64,000 bases of DNA from Thermodesulfobacteriota bacterium (GTDB lineage: Bacteria; Desulfobacterota_D; UBA1144; Nemesobacterales; JAJCZQ01), in assembly GCA_965203965.1 (NCBI GenBank), contig CBDBDR010000017.1, positions 672,001 through 736,000 on the forward strand, read 5' to 3'. Positions within the stretch are counted from its first letter, which is position 1. Each line of letters opens with the position of its first letter. The position numbers were made by a program, and so were the translations under genes. The notes beneath the pieces are model-generated. The model saw only the letters and a program-made list of their open reading frames with translations, was not told where the DNA came from and ran no database searches. This document shows positions 18,729 through 28,072 of this stretch, piece after piece.

Positions 18729-20311
18729 CCACTCTCAACAAACTCAACTCGGTTAAAATATATAAGATCCAGAGGATCAGGTTCAAGCCCTTTGATAAAC
18801 GGCTTTATCATGTTTTGCTGAACTTGATTAATGTATGGAACAATAGGTACATCCTTTTCCAACAATATCTTCTGGGACTGATTATAAAGGCTAATTCTGC
18901 GGTTCTTATCCCGCTCCCCCGCAGCCTTTCTAACAAGTCTATCGTATTCTGGATTGCACCAGTTGGTGTCGTTATTACCGCTGTTGCACTCAAAGAGATT
19001 CATAAAATTATGAGGATCCGGAAAATCGGCTCCCCAACCACCTCTGAATATCTCAGGTGGGTTAGTCTGAAGGGTTTTTAGATATACTTTCCATTCCTGA
19101 TTAACAAGCCTAACCTCAATTCCAAGATACTTTTTCCACATGCTCTGCAAAGCCTCAGCCACGATCCTGTTGTTACTGATATCCGGGTATAGAAATGATA
19201 CTTTAGGAAAATTTTTCCCTCCTGAGTAGCCCGAATCCATGAGCAGTTTTTTGGCTTTAACAGGATTAAATTTAATACCTATATCGGGGTTGTACGCGAG
19301 CATGTTTTTAGGTATCCATGAAGTTGCAGACAGCCCTGCTCCCTGTATCAATTTGACAATACTGTCTCTATCAATAGAACTCGCAAAAGCCTTGCGCACA
19401 AAGGGATTATCAAAAGGAGGTTTTTTTACGTTAAATGCCACGTAGCTGCCTCTGAACGCCTCACGGCTAACAAAATCTCTTGATTTCACAAGCCTTGGGA
19501 CTTCGAGCACGGGTATGCCCTTACTGTCCAAAAAGTCAAGCTCGCCACTTTCATAAAGCGCAAGTGCAGAAGTAGGATTTTCATTCATTATCATCCTAAC
19601 CTTTTTTACACTTTTAGGCTTTTCTCCCCAGTATCTTTTATTTTCCTTGAGAACTATAAAATTGTGATTTTTCCATTCCGCAAGATTATAAGCTCCCAGA
19701 GTTACTATATTTTCAGGTTCGGTCCAACTTGCACCGTGTTTTTTTACAACGTCTCCTCTCATGGGAAAGGTGGACATAAAAGCAAGAATACTTGTGAAAT
19801 AGCTGGCAGGACGCTCCAGTTCAACCTGCAAAGTCCTTTCATCAATGGCTTTTACACCTACTTTGTTAAAATCTTTGACCTGCCCTGCATTGTATTTTTC
19901 TGCATTTTTAATATCAAACAAAAAATATGCATAATCTCCACCGGTTAAAGGATCTAGTATCCTCCCCCATGAATAAACAAAATCCTGAGCTTTAAGAGGC
20001 TTACCATCAGACCACAGAACATTGTCCCGTATTTTGAACGTGTATATCTTGCCGTCTTCACTTATATCCCAACCTGACGCCAATGCAGGCTTCGGCTCAT
20101 GCTCCATGTTGAATCTGGTAAGCCCTTCCATAATGTTGTTAAGAATAGTGTATGAGGTGCTGTCGGTGGAAAGGGACCAATCCAGTGAAGGAGGTTCCGT
20201 TCCTATGTTGATATTTAGCGTGTCTTTTCCCCGCGTGCTTTTTTTGTCATTGTAGCAAGAAGGGAACAGAATGGTAATTAAAGCGAGTAGCAAAAAAAAG
20301 TATTTACTCAT
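18725..20311 (-). CDS. Peptide ABC transporter substrate-binding lipoprotein (OppA-like)
   Basis: Lipobox LFPSC after start 20311; EGL, WSDG.PL.A.DF, GWGADFPDP.NF. Confidence 0.92.
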   Translation of the reverse strand: MSKYFFLLLALITILFPSCYNDKKSTRGKDTLNINIGTEPPSLDWSLSTDSTSYTILNNIMEGLTRFNMEHEPKPALASGWDISEDGKIYTFKIRDNVLWSDGKPLKAQDFVYSWGRILDPLTGGDYAYFLFDIKNAEKYNAGQVKDFNKVGVKAIDERTLQVELERPASYFTSILAFMSTFPMRGDVVKKHGASWTEPENIVTLGAYNLAEWKNHNFIVLKENKRYWGEKPKSVKKVRMIMNENPTSALALYESGELDFLDSKGIPVLEVPRLVKSRDFVSREAFRGSYVAFNVKKPPFDNPFVRKAFASSIDRDSIVKLIQGAGLSATSWIPKNMLAYNPDIGIKFNPVKAKKLLMDSGYSGGKNFPKVSFLYPDISNNRIVAEALQSMWKKYLGIEVRLVNQEWKVYLKTLQTNPPEIFRGGWGADFPDPHNFMNLFECNSGNNDTNWCNPEYDRLVRKAAGERDKNRRISLYNQSQKILLEKDVPIVPYINQVQQNMIKPFIKGLEPDPLDLIYFNRVEFVESG

Positions 20312-20431
20312 AGTGGATAAGAGTAATAAAACAGGGTGCAATATCAAACTATTATTGCATTCGTTCCCCCTACATAGTAACAAGTTAGAGCATACCACTT
20401 TTTCTGGTTATATTATTGTTTGGAACACCCA

Positions 20432-21367
20432 ATGTCCGAGACACTATCATGCAAAGATATATCCAGTAGTGCAGGTGAGCACCTATACGGGACGGCACCG
20501 AGAGTTGATCACTGGTTTTTGCTCGAATACCCGGGCCACTGGGAAAAAGATATTCCAGAGAATACTTCACTTCCACAAAGTGTGAAGGATGAGCTGAGTA
20601 AACTGCTTGGATCATTTACAAGTTCACGGTTGCAGCTTATCAAAGGAAGCAGTCTTAAAAATCCCAGTATATGCTTTTATTACATAGATTCCTCCGAGTT
20701 TGATCCCAAGGCATACAAATTCAAATTAAACAGCTACGAAGATATTATTGGTCTTGACTTGCTCAACCTTATAAAAAGTGGAGATATAAGTGATGTAGAA
20801 TCCGATGAGAAACTTGCTCTGATCTGCACCCATGGTTCTTACGACAGTTGCTGCGGTAAAAACGGGACTCCCGTATATAATGAAATTTCTAAAAATGAGA
20901 ATCTGAGTGTCTGGAGATCAACTCACGTCGGCGCACACAGATTCTCATCCAACGTGGTAATGCTTCCCGAAGGGATTTACTACGGCAGGATTGATCAGAA
21001 AAATTTAGGAAAAATGATAAGATCACATCTGAACAATGAAATTTATCTGGATTGTTTTAGGGGAAGATGCTGCTATAGCCAACCTTCACAGGTTTCTGAT
21101 TATTTTCTCAGGAAAGAGACCGGAAAATATGGTATATACGATATAAAATGGGAGTTTGAGAAGGACAGGGATGCCTATACAGCGGTTGAATTTAAACTTC
21201 AAGGAGAAAATCTTGGCTACAGCGTCAACTCAGTTGTGATGAACGATGCGATCAAAATAAAGACAAGTTGCAAAGACAATGAACCTGTTTCTATTCCACA
21301 GTTTTATTTTTACAGTCTTTTCCCTTACATACCCAAAGAAAAACAGGACAACGACAATGATCAATAA
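20432..21367 (+). CDS. Sucrase/ferredoxin-like [2Fe-2S] protein
   Basis: WFLLEYPGHW, CTHGSYDSCC (C-X8-C), HVGAHRF, YYGR. Confidence 0.88.
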   Translation: MSETLSCKDISSSAGEHLYGTAPRVDHWFLLEYPGHWEKDIPENTSLPQSVKDELSKLLGSFTSSRLQLIKGSSLKNPSICFYYIDSSEFDPKAYKFKLNSYEDIIGLDLLNLIKSGDISDVESDEKLALICTHGSYDSCCGKNGTPVYNEISKNENLSVWRSTHVGAHRFSSNVVMLPEGIYYGRIDQKNLGKMIRSHLNNEIYLDCFRGRCCYSQPSQVSDYFLRKETGKYGIYDIKWEFEKDRDAYTAVEFKLQGENLGYSVNSVVMNDAIKIKTSCKDNEPVSIPQFYFYSLFPYIPKEKQDNDNDQ

Positions 21368-22290
21368 TTGACGTGCCTGATTATATTTTCCGATAAACTC
21401 ACTGATTTTACATCGTCATTCATCAATGTATCGGTCACATACGAGCGAACACCTAACCTGCTGATCCTCTCCTCCTCTTTACCTTCGGAATTATCCAGAA
21501 CCATCAAGTCCAGGAAATCTTTATAAAGATTGGCTATTTCATAAGAGGATACTTCAATACCGATCCCCTTCATCAACCTGTCCGTCGGACCTTTTACAGG
21601 TTTGCCTCCAACCAGAGGGCTGATCGCTACCACTTGCGCGTCACAACTTACCAGTGCCTTCCTAATTCCTTTTACCGCAAGTATAGGGCCAATACTTATT
21701 ACAGGGTTGCTGGGACACAGTATTACCAATTTGGAACGATAAATAGACTCAATAACACCCTTACACGGATGAGCCTTATCAATACCCTTGATCTTTATCC
21801 CAAAAACCGCAGGCTCCATGTTGTGTTTTATGTAGTATTCCTGAAAGTGCATATCACCTTGATCCGTTTCAATCCAAGTTTCAACGTCATCTTCGGTCAT
21901 TGGCAACAGAGTAGTTCCCTTTAATTCAAACAGTTCTGCGGTCCTTGCTGTGATCTGTCTTGTGGAATAGCCCCGGCTTAACAAACCTTTTTTGAACATC
22001 TGCACGGCTATATCTTTGTCTCCAAGCTGAAACCACGTTTCAAACCCTAATTCTGACAAATGTTGCAGGCAGTTGAAACTATCGTTTCTAAGCCCCCAAC
22101 CTTTTTCTTTATCAACTTTGTCCGAGAGCCTGTAGATCATTGTATCAACGTCGGGAGATATCCTAAAACCGTAGAGGTTGATGTCATCCCCGGTGTTTAT
22201 CACAACCGTAATATCCTTTGGTGAAACAACACCGGATAACCCTTTTATAAATTTTGATGCCCCTACCCCACCACCTAACGCAGTGATCAT
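21361..22290 (-). CDS. cofD: 2-phospho-L-lactate transferase (F420 biosynthesis)
   Basis: GGGVGASKF, NTGDD, SPDVDT, WFQLGDKD, HFQEY, PSNPVISIGPIL. Confidence 0.95.
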   Translation of the reverse strand: MITALGGGVGASKFIKGLSGVVSPKDITVVINTGDDINLYGFRISPDVDTMIYRLSDKVDKEKGWGLRNDSFNCLQHLSELGFETWFQLGDKDIAVQMFKKGLLSRGYSTRQITARTAELFELKGTTLLPMTEDDVETWIETDQGDMHFQEYYIKHNMEPAVFGIKIKGIDKAHPCKGVIESIYRSKLVILCPSNPVISIGPILAVKGIRKALVSCDAQVVAISPLVGGKPVKGPTDRLMKGIGIEVSSYEIANLYKDFLDLMVLDNSEGKEEERISRLGVRSYVTDTLMNDDVKSVSLSENIIRHVNY

Positions 22291-22411
22291 TGTTTACACG
22301 GAAGTCAGAGATTTAAGGCGTGAAACCTACTTGTATAAAGAATTAAAGTAAAGTACCCTATGCAAGATTTGCTTGAAACTTTAAACCTTTAATATAAGTT
22401 TAGAATTGATC

Positions 22412-24010
22412 ATGAGTATCTCATTTTTCAGGGAAAGATACAAGTGGATGACGCGTGTCATTCTTATAATTATAGTCGTAAGTTTCATTTTCAGTTTTGG
22501 ATATTTTGGAGTTACGAACCTGCAAAACTCAAGTGTGCCCACTGGGACGGTTGCAAAAGTTAATGGGGAGAAAATATCACTGGCTCAATTTTATAATGCC
22601 AGACAAAGCCTTCATCAACAGCTAGGTGTCTTACGGAACAATTTGAACAGTGATCTGAGACAATTCATTAACGGCACCGCCATACAGCAGTTGGTGGAGA
22701 TCAAACTGCTTGCACAAAAAGCAAGGGAGCTCGGGTTTTATATTTCAGACGACGAGCTGAACAATGCAATAACAAATGACCCAAATCTTCAGTTTGACGG
22801 GAGATTCATAGGTGCCGAGGCATACAGAAGTTTTATAAGACAGAATTTGAACATCAGCGTGGGAGACTTTGAAGAATACTATAAAGAAGACCTTCTGAGG
22901 CAAAAAATAACAGAACTTATTAACAGATCGGTAAAAGTAACCGAAGATGAACTCTACAATATCTACAAAATTGAGAATGAAAAAACAAGCCTCTATTATG
23001 CTGAATTTAAAGCGGAAGACATTGCAAATCCAGATTCTGTATCCGATGACGAGATAAAAAACTATTACGTCAACAATCCGACCGAATTTCTAACGCTTGA
23101 GAAAAGAAAGATCAAATTTGCAAAAATCTCAAAAGATGCTTTTGCAAGCATCACAATAGTGAGCGACGGTGAGATTGGAGACTACTATAAATACTACAGT
23201 GATGAATTTAGGAACGATGACGGAAGCCTTAAAAGTTTGGATGACGTGAAGTCTAAAATAGCAGAAAAATTAAAAACCAAAAGAACTTATAAATACTATG
23301 AGGATTTTATGCGTTCAATTTCCGATGAAGAAGATCTTGAACAGATTGATCAAATACTAACTGAAAACTCACTTGGACAAAGCAAACAGTCTGAATTTTT
23401 TTCTCTGAATCAAAACACGGGAGAATTTCCCGACGAAGTTCACAAAAAAGTTTTCTCTATTGAGGTTGGTGATACATCTTATATCAAATCGGTAGAAGAG
23501 TTGTGGATATTTGAATTGACAGACGTTGAGCCACCAAAACAAATAATGCTTGAAGGATCGAGAGACCACATTATTGAGATACTGAGCATAAAAAAGGGAC
23601 GTGAGGCTGCAAAAATAGCGGCACAGGAAACATTGAACAAACTTACCAAATCCCAAATACCTCTCAAAAATGCAACTAAAAAACTTAAAATTAAAGTCAA
23701 TGAAACTGCTCCTTTCACAAGGGCAGACCCACCGAAAAATCTAGATATAAAAGATTTAACGTATGACGCTTTCCTCCTAAATAATTCAAACCCGACTGGA
23801 AAAAAGATCTATCGGAAAGGAAATTCCTACTTTATCATTTCCCTGAAAGAAAAATCCGAAATAGACACCGAAGAGTATGAAAGACAAAAGCCCGTAATAA
23901 GAATTCACCAGCTACAAAAACGGACTAATGAGATTCTTAATGATTGGCTCATTGATCTCAGAGAGAATTCCGAGGTAGTTATAAATCCAAACGTAATAAC
24001 CTCACAGTAA
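22412..24010 (+). CDS. PpiD/SurA N-terminal domain chaperone
   Basis: N-terminal TM, VAKVNGEKI, LGFYISDDEL, SurA-like domain. Confidence 0.85.
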   Translation: MSISFFRERYKWMTRVILIIIVVSFIFSFGYFGVTNLQNSSVPTGTVAKVNGEKISLAQFYNARQSLHQQLGVLRNNLNSDLRQFINGTAIQQLVEIKLLAQKARELGFYISDDELNNAITNDPNLQFDGRFIGAEAYRSFIRQNLNISVGDFEEYYKEDLLRQKITELINRSVKVTEDELYNIYKIENEKTSLYYAEFKAEDIANPDSVSDDEIKNYYVNNPTEFLTLEKRKIKFAKISKDAFASITIVSDGEIGDYYKYYSDEFRNDDGSLKSLDDVKSKIAEKLKTKRTYKYYEDFMRSISDEEDLEQIDQILTENSLGQSKQSEFFSLNQNTGEFPDEVHKKVFSIEVGDTSYIKSVEELWIFELTDVEPPKQIMLEGSRDHIIEILSIKKGREAAKIAAQETLNKLTKSQIPLKNATKKLKIKVNETAPFTRADPPKNLDIKDLTYDAFLLNNSNPTGKKIYRKGNSYFIISLKEKSEIDTEEYERQKPVIRIHQLQKRTNEILNDWLIDLRENSEVVINPNVITSQ

Positions 24011-24029
24011 AATTCCTCTCTTCTAACGC

Positions 24030-24053
24030 AAGGCAAATGGGCAGCCTTTTTTT
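24030..24053 (+). terminator. Putative intrinsic terminator
   Basis: AAGGC-N9-GCCTT followed by T-run. Confidence 0.5.
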
Positions 24054-24190
24054 AGGGTGAACTAAACTCAAACTCTGAACTGCTGAGATATGCGATCATT
24101 GGAAGTAGGACTGATGACACCACTTCAGATGATCATGAGATTTGATCATTTACTGAACAGTAGCACACTCCGACATTACAAAGCAACCTG

Positions 24191-24334
24191 CTAATGGCCA
24201 AGAATTCCGTAGAAACGGACAAGATCTTCCAAACGTCTCACGTTCGCCGATTCATCTCTTTTGAATTCTTTCAGATGATGTCCTGCACACTCGGCGAGAA
24301 TCTATTCCAGATTATCTTCAAAATGTAACCTCAT
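24191..24334 (-). pseudogene. Probable relic of a type III restriction (Res) gene
   Basis: ATG 4 nt after the DUF262 stop; MRLHFEDNLE then in-frame TAG; resembles the MKLHFE.NLDYQ start of Res proteins (from recall). Confidence 0.45.
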
Positions 24335-24338
24335 AATA

Positions 24339-26033
24339 CTAAGTACCCAGCATCCATTCTTTTTCGAACTTTTTCAGAAGATCACTCTGTCGCTTTTCCA
24401 AATCTTGTGGCGTCCATGTGTTTTCATTGAGCACTTGAGTCGTCAATACGTAGGATGAAACTCCTTCCTTGCCTGAGAAATAAGCGGACTTCTTCTCTTC
24501 AAAGTCATGGTTCTGCGCCTGCGCATTCCTACGTCGATTGAGAGGTACAAGGTTTGCTATCTTGTGAATCCAATCCTCTCTTACCTGCTCATCTGGCCAC
24601 CATGATGCCCACCCGCTATTATTATCATTCACCGTCTGCGGAAGTACATGCTCTATGGTCAAAACACTTGAATCATAGGAAGCCCCACCGTCTGCTAGGA
24701 ATGAATCAAGCCTAAGTATCACATAGTTTCGACGTATGGGCGTCAACTCGTAGATGTTGCCACCAAGTGCTTCTAACATCTTATTCTTTTCATCATCTGT
24801 TAGTTCTACAGCTTGAACTGACGATGAAAGATCATGCTCTCCTTCAACGGATTTTATCACATTGTTATATCGCTCAATACGTTTGTTGACATTTAGTGCG
24901 CAAACGTGCATGTATGCAGCCAGCCTTTCCAATCGTCTGAAAAACCAAGCAACGTCTTCTGGCTTGTCCTGATTTTTGGAAAGAAACAGTATAGCTACAG
25001 GCACCCAGTCTGAATTGTCTATTTGATTGAGCCATTTAAGATAAGTATTAACTTTTTCCTCTTTGGAAGTAGCCTTATAGTTAGCCCTTTTAATGGTGGC
25101 GAGGGCACTCGCAAATGGTTCCAAGATTCCAATAAGATCATCCGGTTCCATGTTGTTGGACAAGACATGCGAATCGAATTCTTCCAGTAGAGATTTCCTG
25201 GCCTTCTCCTTGGCGTAAATCATTCGTACATAGGTGAACAGGTCATTAAATCCCCCACGTCCCAGTTCAACTTCCATGTCTTCCCAACGCTTGTTATATC
25301 CATCTTGTTTAGCCGTAGGGATCTCACCGATGATAGACGCCTTAATGATGTCGGTTGCTTGAAGGTCTAATCCACGACTGTTCATTACAGAAAACACACG
25401 AAACGCCGATTCCTGATTAGGAGTTGATACAGCAACGAGAAAACATCGCTGCATAAGGAATTGAGAAAAATTCGTTATCTCACTCGCATCGTTGCTTAAT
25501 TTCTCTGATATTCGGTTAACAAAGAGCTGACTGTTCTTTTTGATATTGAGTTGCGACTCGTTCTCGAGGCTTTTGTCATCTTGTTTAGATAGTTCCTCAA
25601 ATTTCAACCCTTGAACGTACTTTGAAAAGAACGCTTTGTCGCGCTTGCGAAGCGCTAATCTGGGCTTGGCTTCAAGTTCTTCAATTTTGTTTCCGGGTTC
25701 TTTTATGTACTTGCATAACGTGTTCCGTAGATCATCGTCATCAACAACTGAAGCCAGTGTTGACAGTAATATCGTCAATGTCGTCAGTCTCTGTTGCCCG
25801 TCAATCACCTCGGCATAAGGTGCTGATTCCTGCTTAATGAGGACAATACTCCCAAGGAAATATACTTCCTCCAGATCCGATTTATAGAAATCGTACAAGT
25901 CATCAAATAATTCCGATGCTTCGTCTACTGTCCACGCATAGGGACGCTGGTATGACGGAATGAAATAATCAAAATCTGAACTGAATATTTTTGCCAAAGG
26001 GTACTCGGCACCACTAATCTTCTTATCATTCAT
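24339..26033 (-). CDS. DUF262/DUF1524 GmrSD-type (type IV) restriction endonuclease
   Basis: IPSYQRPYAW, IDGQQRLTT, MNSRG; HNH-like EHVLPQ...ANLVPL...N. Confidence 0.92.
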   Translation of the reverse strand: MNDKKISGAEYPLAKIFSSDFDYFIPSYQRPYAWTVDEASELFDDLYDFYKSDLEEVYFLGSIVLIKQESAPYAEVIDGQQRLTTLTILLSTLASVVDDDDLRNTLCKYIKEPGNKIEELEAKPRLALRKRDKAFFSKYVQGLKFEELSKQDDKSLENESQLNIKKNSQLFVNRISEKLSNDASEITNFSQFLMQRCFLVAVSTPNQESAFRVFSVMNSRGLDLQATDIIKASIIGEIPTAKQDGYNKRWEDMEVELGRGGFNDLFTYVRMIYAKEKARKSLLEEFDSHVLSNNMEPDDLIGILEPFASALATIKRANYKATSKEEKVNTYLKWLNQIDNSDWVPVAILFLSKNQDKPEDVAWFFRRLERLAAYMHVCALNVNKRIERYNNVIKSVEGEHDLSSSVQAVELTDDEKNKMLEALGGNIYELTPIRRNYVILRLDSFLADGGASYDSSVLTIEHVLPQTVNDNNSGWASWWPDEQVREDWIHKIANLVPLNRRRNAQAQNHDFEEKKSAYFSGKEGVSSYVLTTQVLNENTWTPQDLEKRQSDLLKKFEKEWMLGT

Positions 26034-26318
26034 GTTTGAATTCTCCCGAACGTTGCTTTCTTGTGATAATGTCCAAACCCAAGAGTATTATTCTTTAAAT
26101 GGACTGTCACGTCAATTCAACCCACAAGATAACGGACTGTCCAAAAAGGCATTAGTTTGAAACAGTATCCATGCGCATGCGGGACTTTCATCCAACGAGA
26201 ACCGGCAAATACAATCATGAAAGACCGCATAGTATAAAACTCCGTTGGCATTTGCCAGAAAATTGGGTTACAATTCTAATCTCATCCAAACCATCGTACT
26301 AAAATAAGAGGAAGGTCA

Positions 26319-26858
26319 ATGGAATCTGAAAAACTACTTCACTTTTGGTTTGATGAAACTCCCCTTGAGAAAATATTCAAAGAAGATCCACAGTTTGATA
26401 AAGAGATCAGGGATAAGTTCCTGACGTTGCACGAAGCAGCAATACGAGGCGAATTGGAACATTGGCGTGAACAAGCCAGAGGCAGACTGGCAGAAATTAT
26501 ATTATTAGATCAACTTTCCCGCAATATGTTCAGAAACACTCCCCAAGCCTTCGCCTATGACCCACTATCATTAATTTTATCTCAGGAAGCCATCCGGACT
26601 AAAGCAGGAGGACAACTCAGCACGGACGAAAAAGGGTTTTTGTATATGCCTTTCATGCATAGTGAATCCCGCCTCATTCATCAAAAGGCAGTGCAATTAT
26701 TCAGTCAGAAAGGCTTGGAAGGAGCTTTAAAGTGGGAAATAAAACATAAGAAAATCATTGATAGGTTTGGCAGGTACCCTCATCGCAACCTGATCTTAGG
26801 TAGAAAATCCACGCCGGAAGAGTTGGAGTTCTTAAAACAACCCGATTCTTCTTTTTAG
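26319..26858 (+). CDS. DUF924 family protein
   Basis: IILLDQLSRNMFR, FLYMPFMHSE, RFGRYPHRN..LGR.ST. Confidence 0.93.
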   Translation: MESEKLLHFWFDETPLEKIFKEDPQFDKEIRDKFLTLHEAAIRGELEHWREQARGRLAEIILLDQLSRNMFRNTPQAFAYDPLSLILSQEAIRTKAGGQLSTDEKGFLYMPFMHSESRLIHQKAVQLFSQKGLEGALKWEIKHKKIIDRFGRYPHRNLILGRKSTPEELEFLKQPDSSF

Positions 26859-26919
26859 CCTTGTTTGATCTTCTCTCCTAACTGCGGCTTTCACCATAAT
26901 AAAACGCAGGAAACTACCG

Positions 26920-27525
26920 TTATTCCTCTCTAAAGCCAATGAATCCGGGTTGAGCCTCTATTTTTTTACACCAGTTTTCAATGTTTGGATAATTGGAGAC
27001 GTCAAAACCACCTTCATCTGACAACATTATGTAGGGATAACAAGCAATATCGGCTACTGAATAATCATGAGCAAGAAAATCATTTTCCAACAGGTGATCA
27101 TTCATAATTTTTAGAGAGTTGTTTCCATTATCCTGTAACGTTCTCAAATACTTCGGGTCGTAATTACCCTCACCGAGAAACTTCAGAAAATACCTTGAAA
27201 CAGCAAGATACGGATCAACTGAAGTCTTTCCGAAAATAAGCCACTGTGATATTAAGCCGAATTTCAAAGTGTCATTTGAAAAATAATCGTTTGGAGAATA
27301 CTTATTTGCCAAATATAGCAATATGGCGTTGGATTCCCAAATAATTTGATCTTCATCAACTAGAACCGGTATTTTCTGATTTGGGTTTAGCTTTGAAAAA
27401 TCAGCACTTTTGTGATCACCTTTGAATATATCAACCGTTACTTTCTCATAACTAACACCCAAATGCGAGAACAATAACCTGACTTTGTAGCAATTACCCG
27501 AAAGTGGATGGTCATATAGCTTCAT
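26920..27525 (-). CDS. Glutathione S-transferase family protein
   Basis: SGNCYKVR, NPNQKIPVL, ESNAIL, YSVADI. Confidence 0.92.
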   Translation of the reverse strand: MKLYDHPLSGNCYKVRLLFSHLGVSYEKVTVDIFKGDHKSADFSKLNPNQKIPVLVDEDQIIWESNAILLYLANKYSPNDYFSNDTLKFGLISQWLIFGKTSVDPYLAVSRYFLKFLGEGNYDPKYLRTLQDNGNNSLKIMNDHLLENDFLAHDYSVADIACYPYIMLSDEGGFDVSNYPNIENWCKKIEAQPGFIGFREE

Positions 27526-27577
27526 GGTCAATCTCCAGTAAAAACATTTGTAAAAAAACTGCAAATATCAAACAAGT

Positions 27578-28072
27578 TTATTCCATAATATAGCTGAGGA
27601 ACTTGTCGTTAAAACTCCCCTCGCTAAAAACCTTGAACACGGTTCTTCTATTGGGGAGAAAGTAAACCACGTCAGCTTTTGTGAACACTTCAGAATTTTC
27701 ACCTATTATAACAGTATCCACCGTTACACTTCTTTTCTGTATCTCTCTGACCTTTGCTGTAATTTCCAACTCAACACCCATAGGCACGGGAGCCAGATAC
27801 TGAAGGTTGATCTTTGACGTAAGACCGAGTTTTTTGATCTTATCAAACATTGCCCAGTAAGCCACTTCATCAAGGATCGCACATTGAATTCCACCGTGCA
27901 GGATGCCGGGAAATCCATTAAAATGAACTTTGGGTTTTATCCTCGTAAAAACCTCGCCCTTTTCATCGTCTGCAAAGAATTTTAACTTTAATCCATGTGT
28001 ATTATTCGGATGGCAGGCAAAACAGTTATTGCCAGGAAAATCGGCAAAAGAATTTTCAATCTCCCTGATCAT
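27578..28072 (-). CDS. PaaI family (hotdog) thioesterase
   Basis: CFAC...N..GL, HGG....LDE. Confidence 0.9.
   Translation of the reverse strand: MIREIENSFADFPGNNCFACHPNNTHGLKLKFFADDEKGEVFTRIKPKVHFNGFPGILHGGIQCAILDEVAYWAMFDKIKKLGLTSKINLQYLAPVPMGVELEITAKVREIQKRSVTVDTVIIGENSEVFTKADVVYFLPNRRTVFKVFSEGSFNDKFLSYIME

Noticed and set aside
26100..26290. GGACTGTC repeats, CATGCGCATG palindrome and faint transposase-like peptide
   Set aside because: Too short and degenerate; no terminal repeats or convincing ORF
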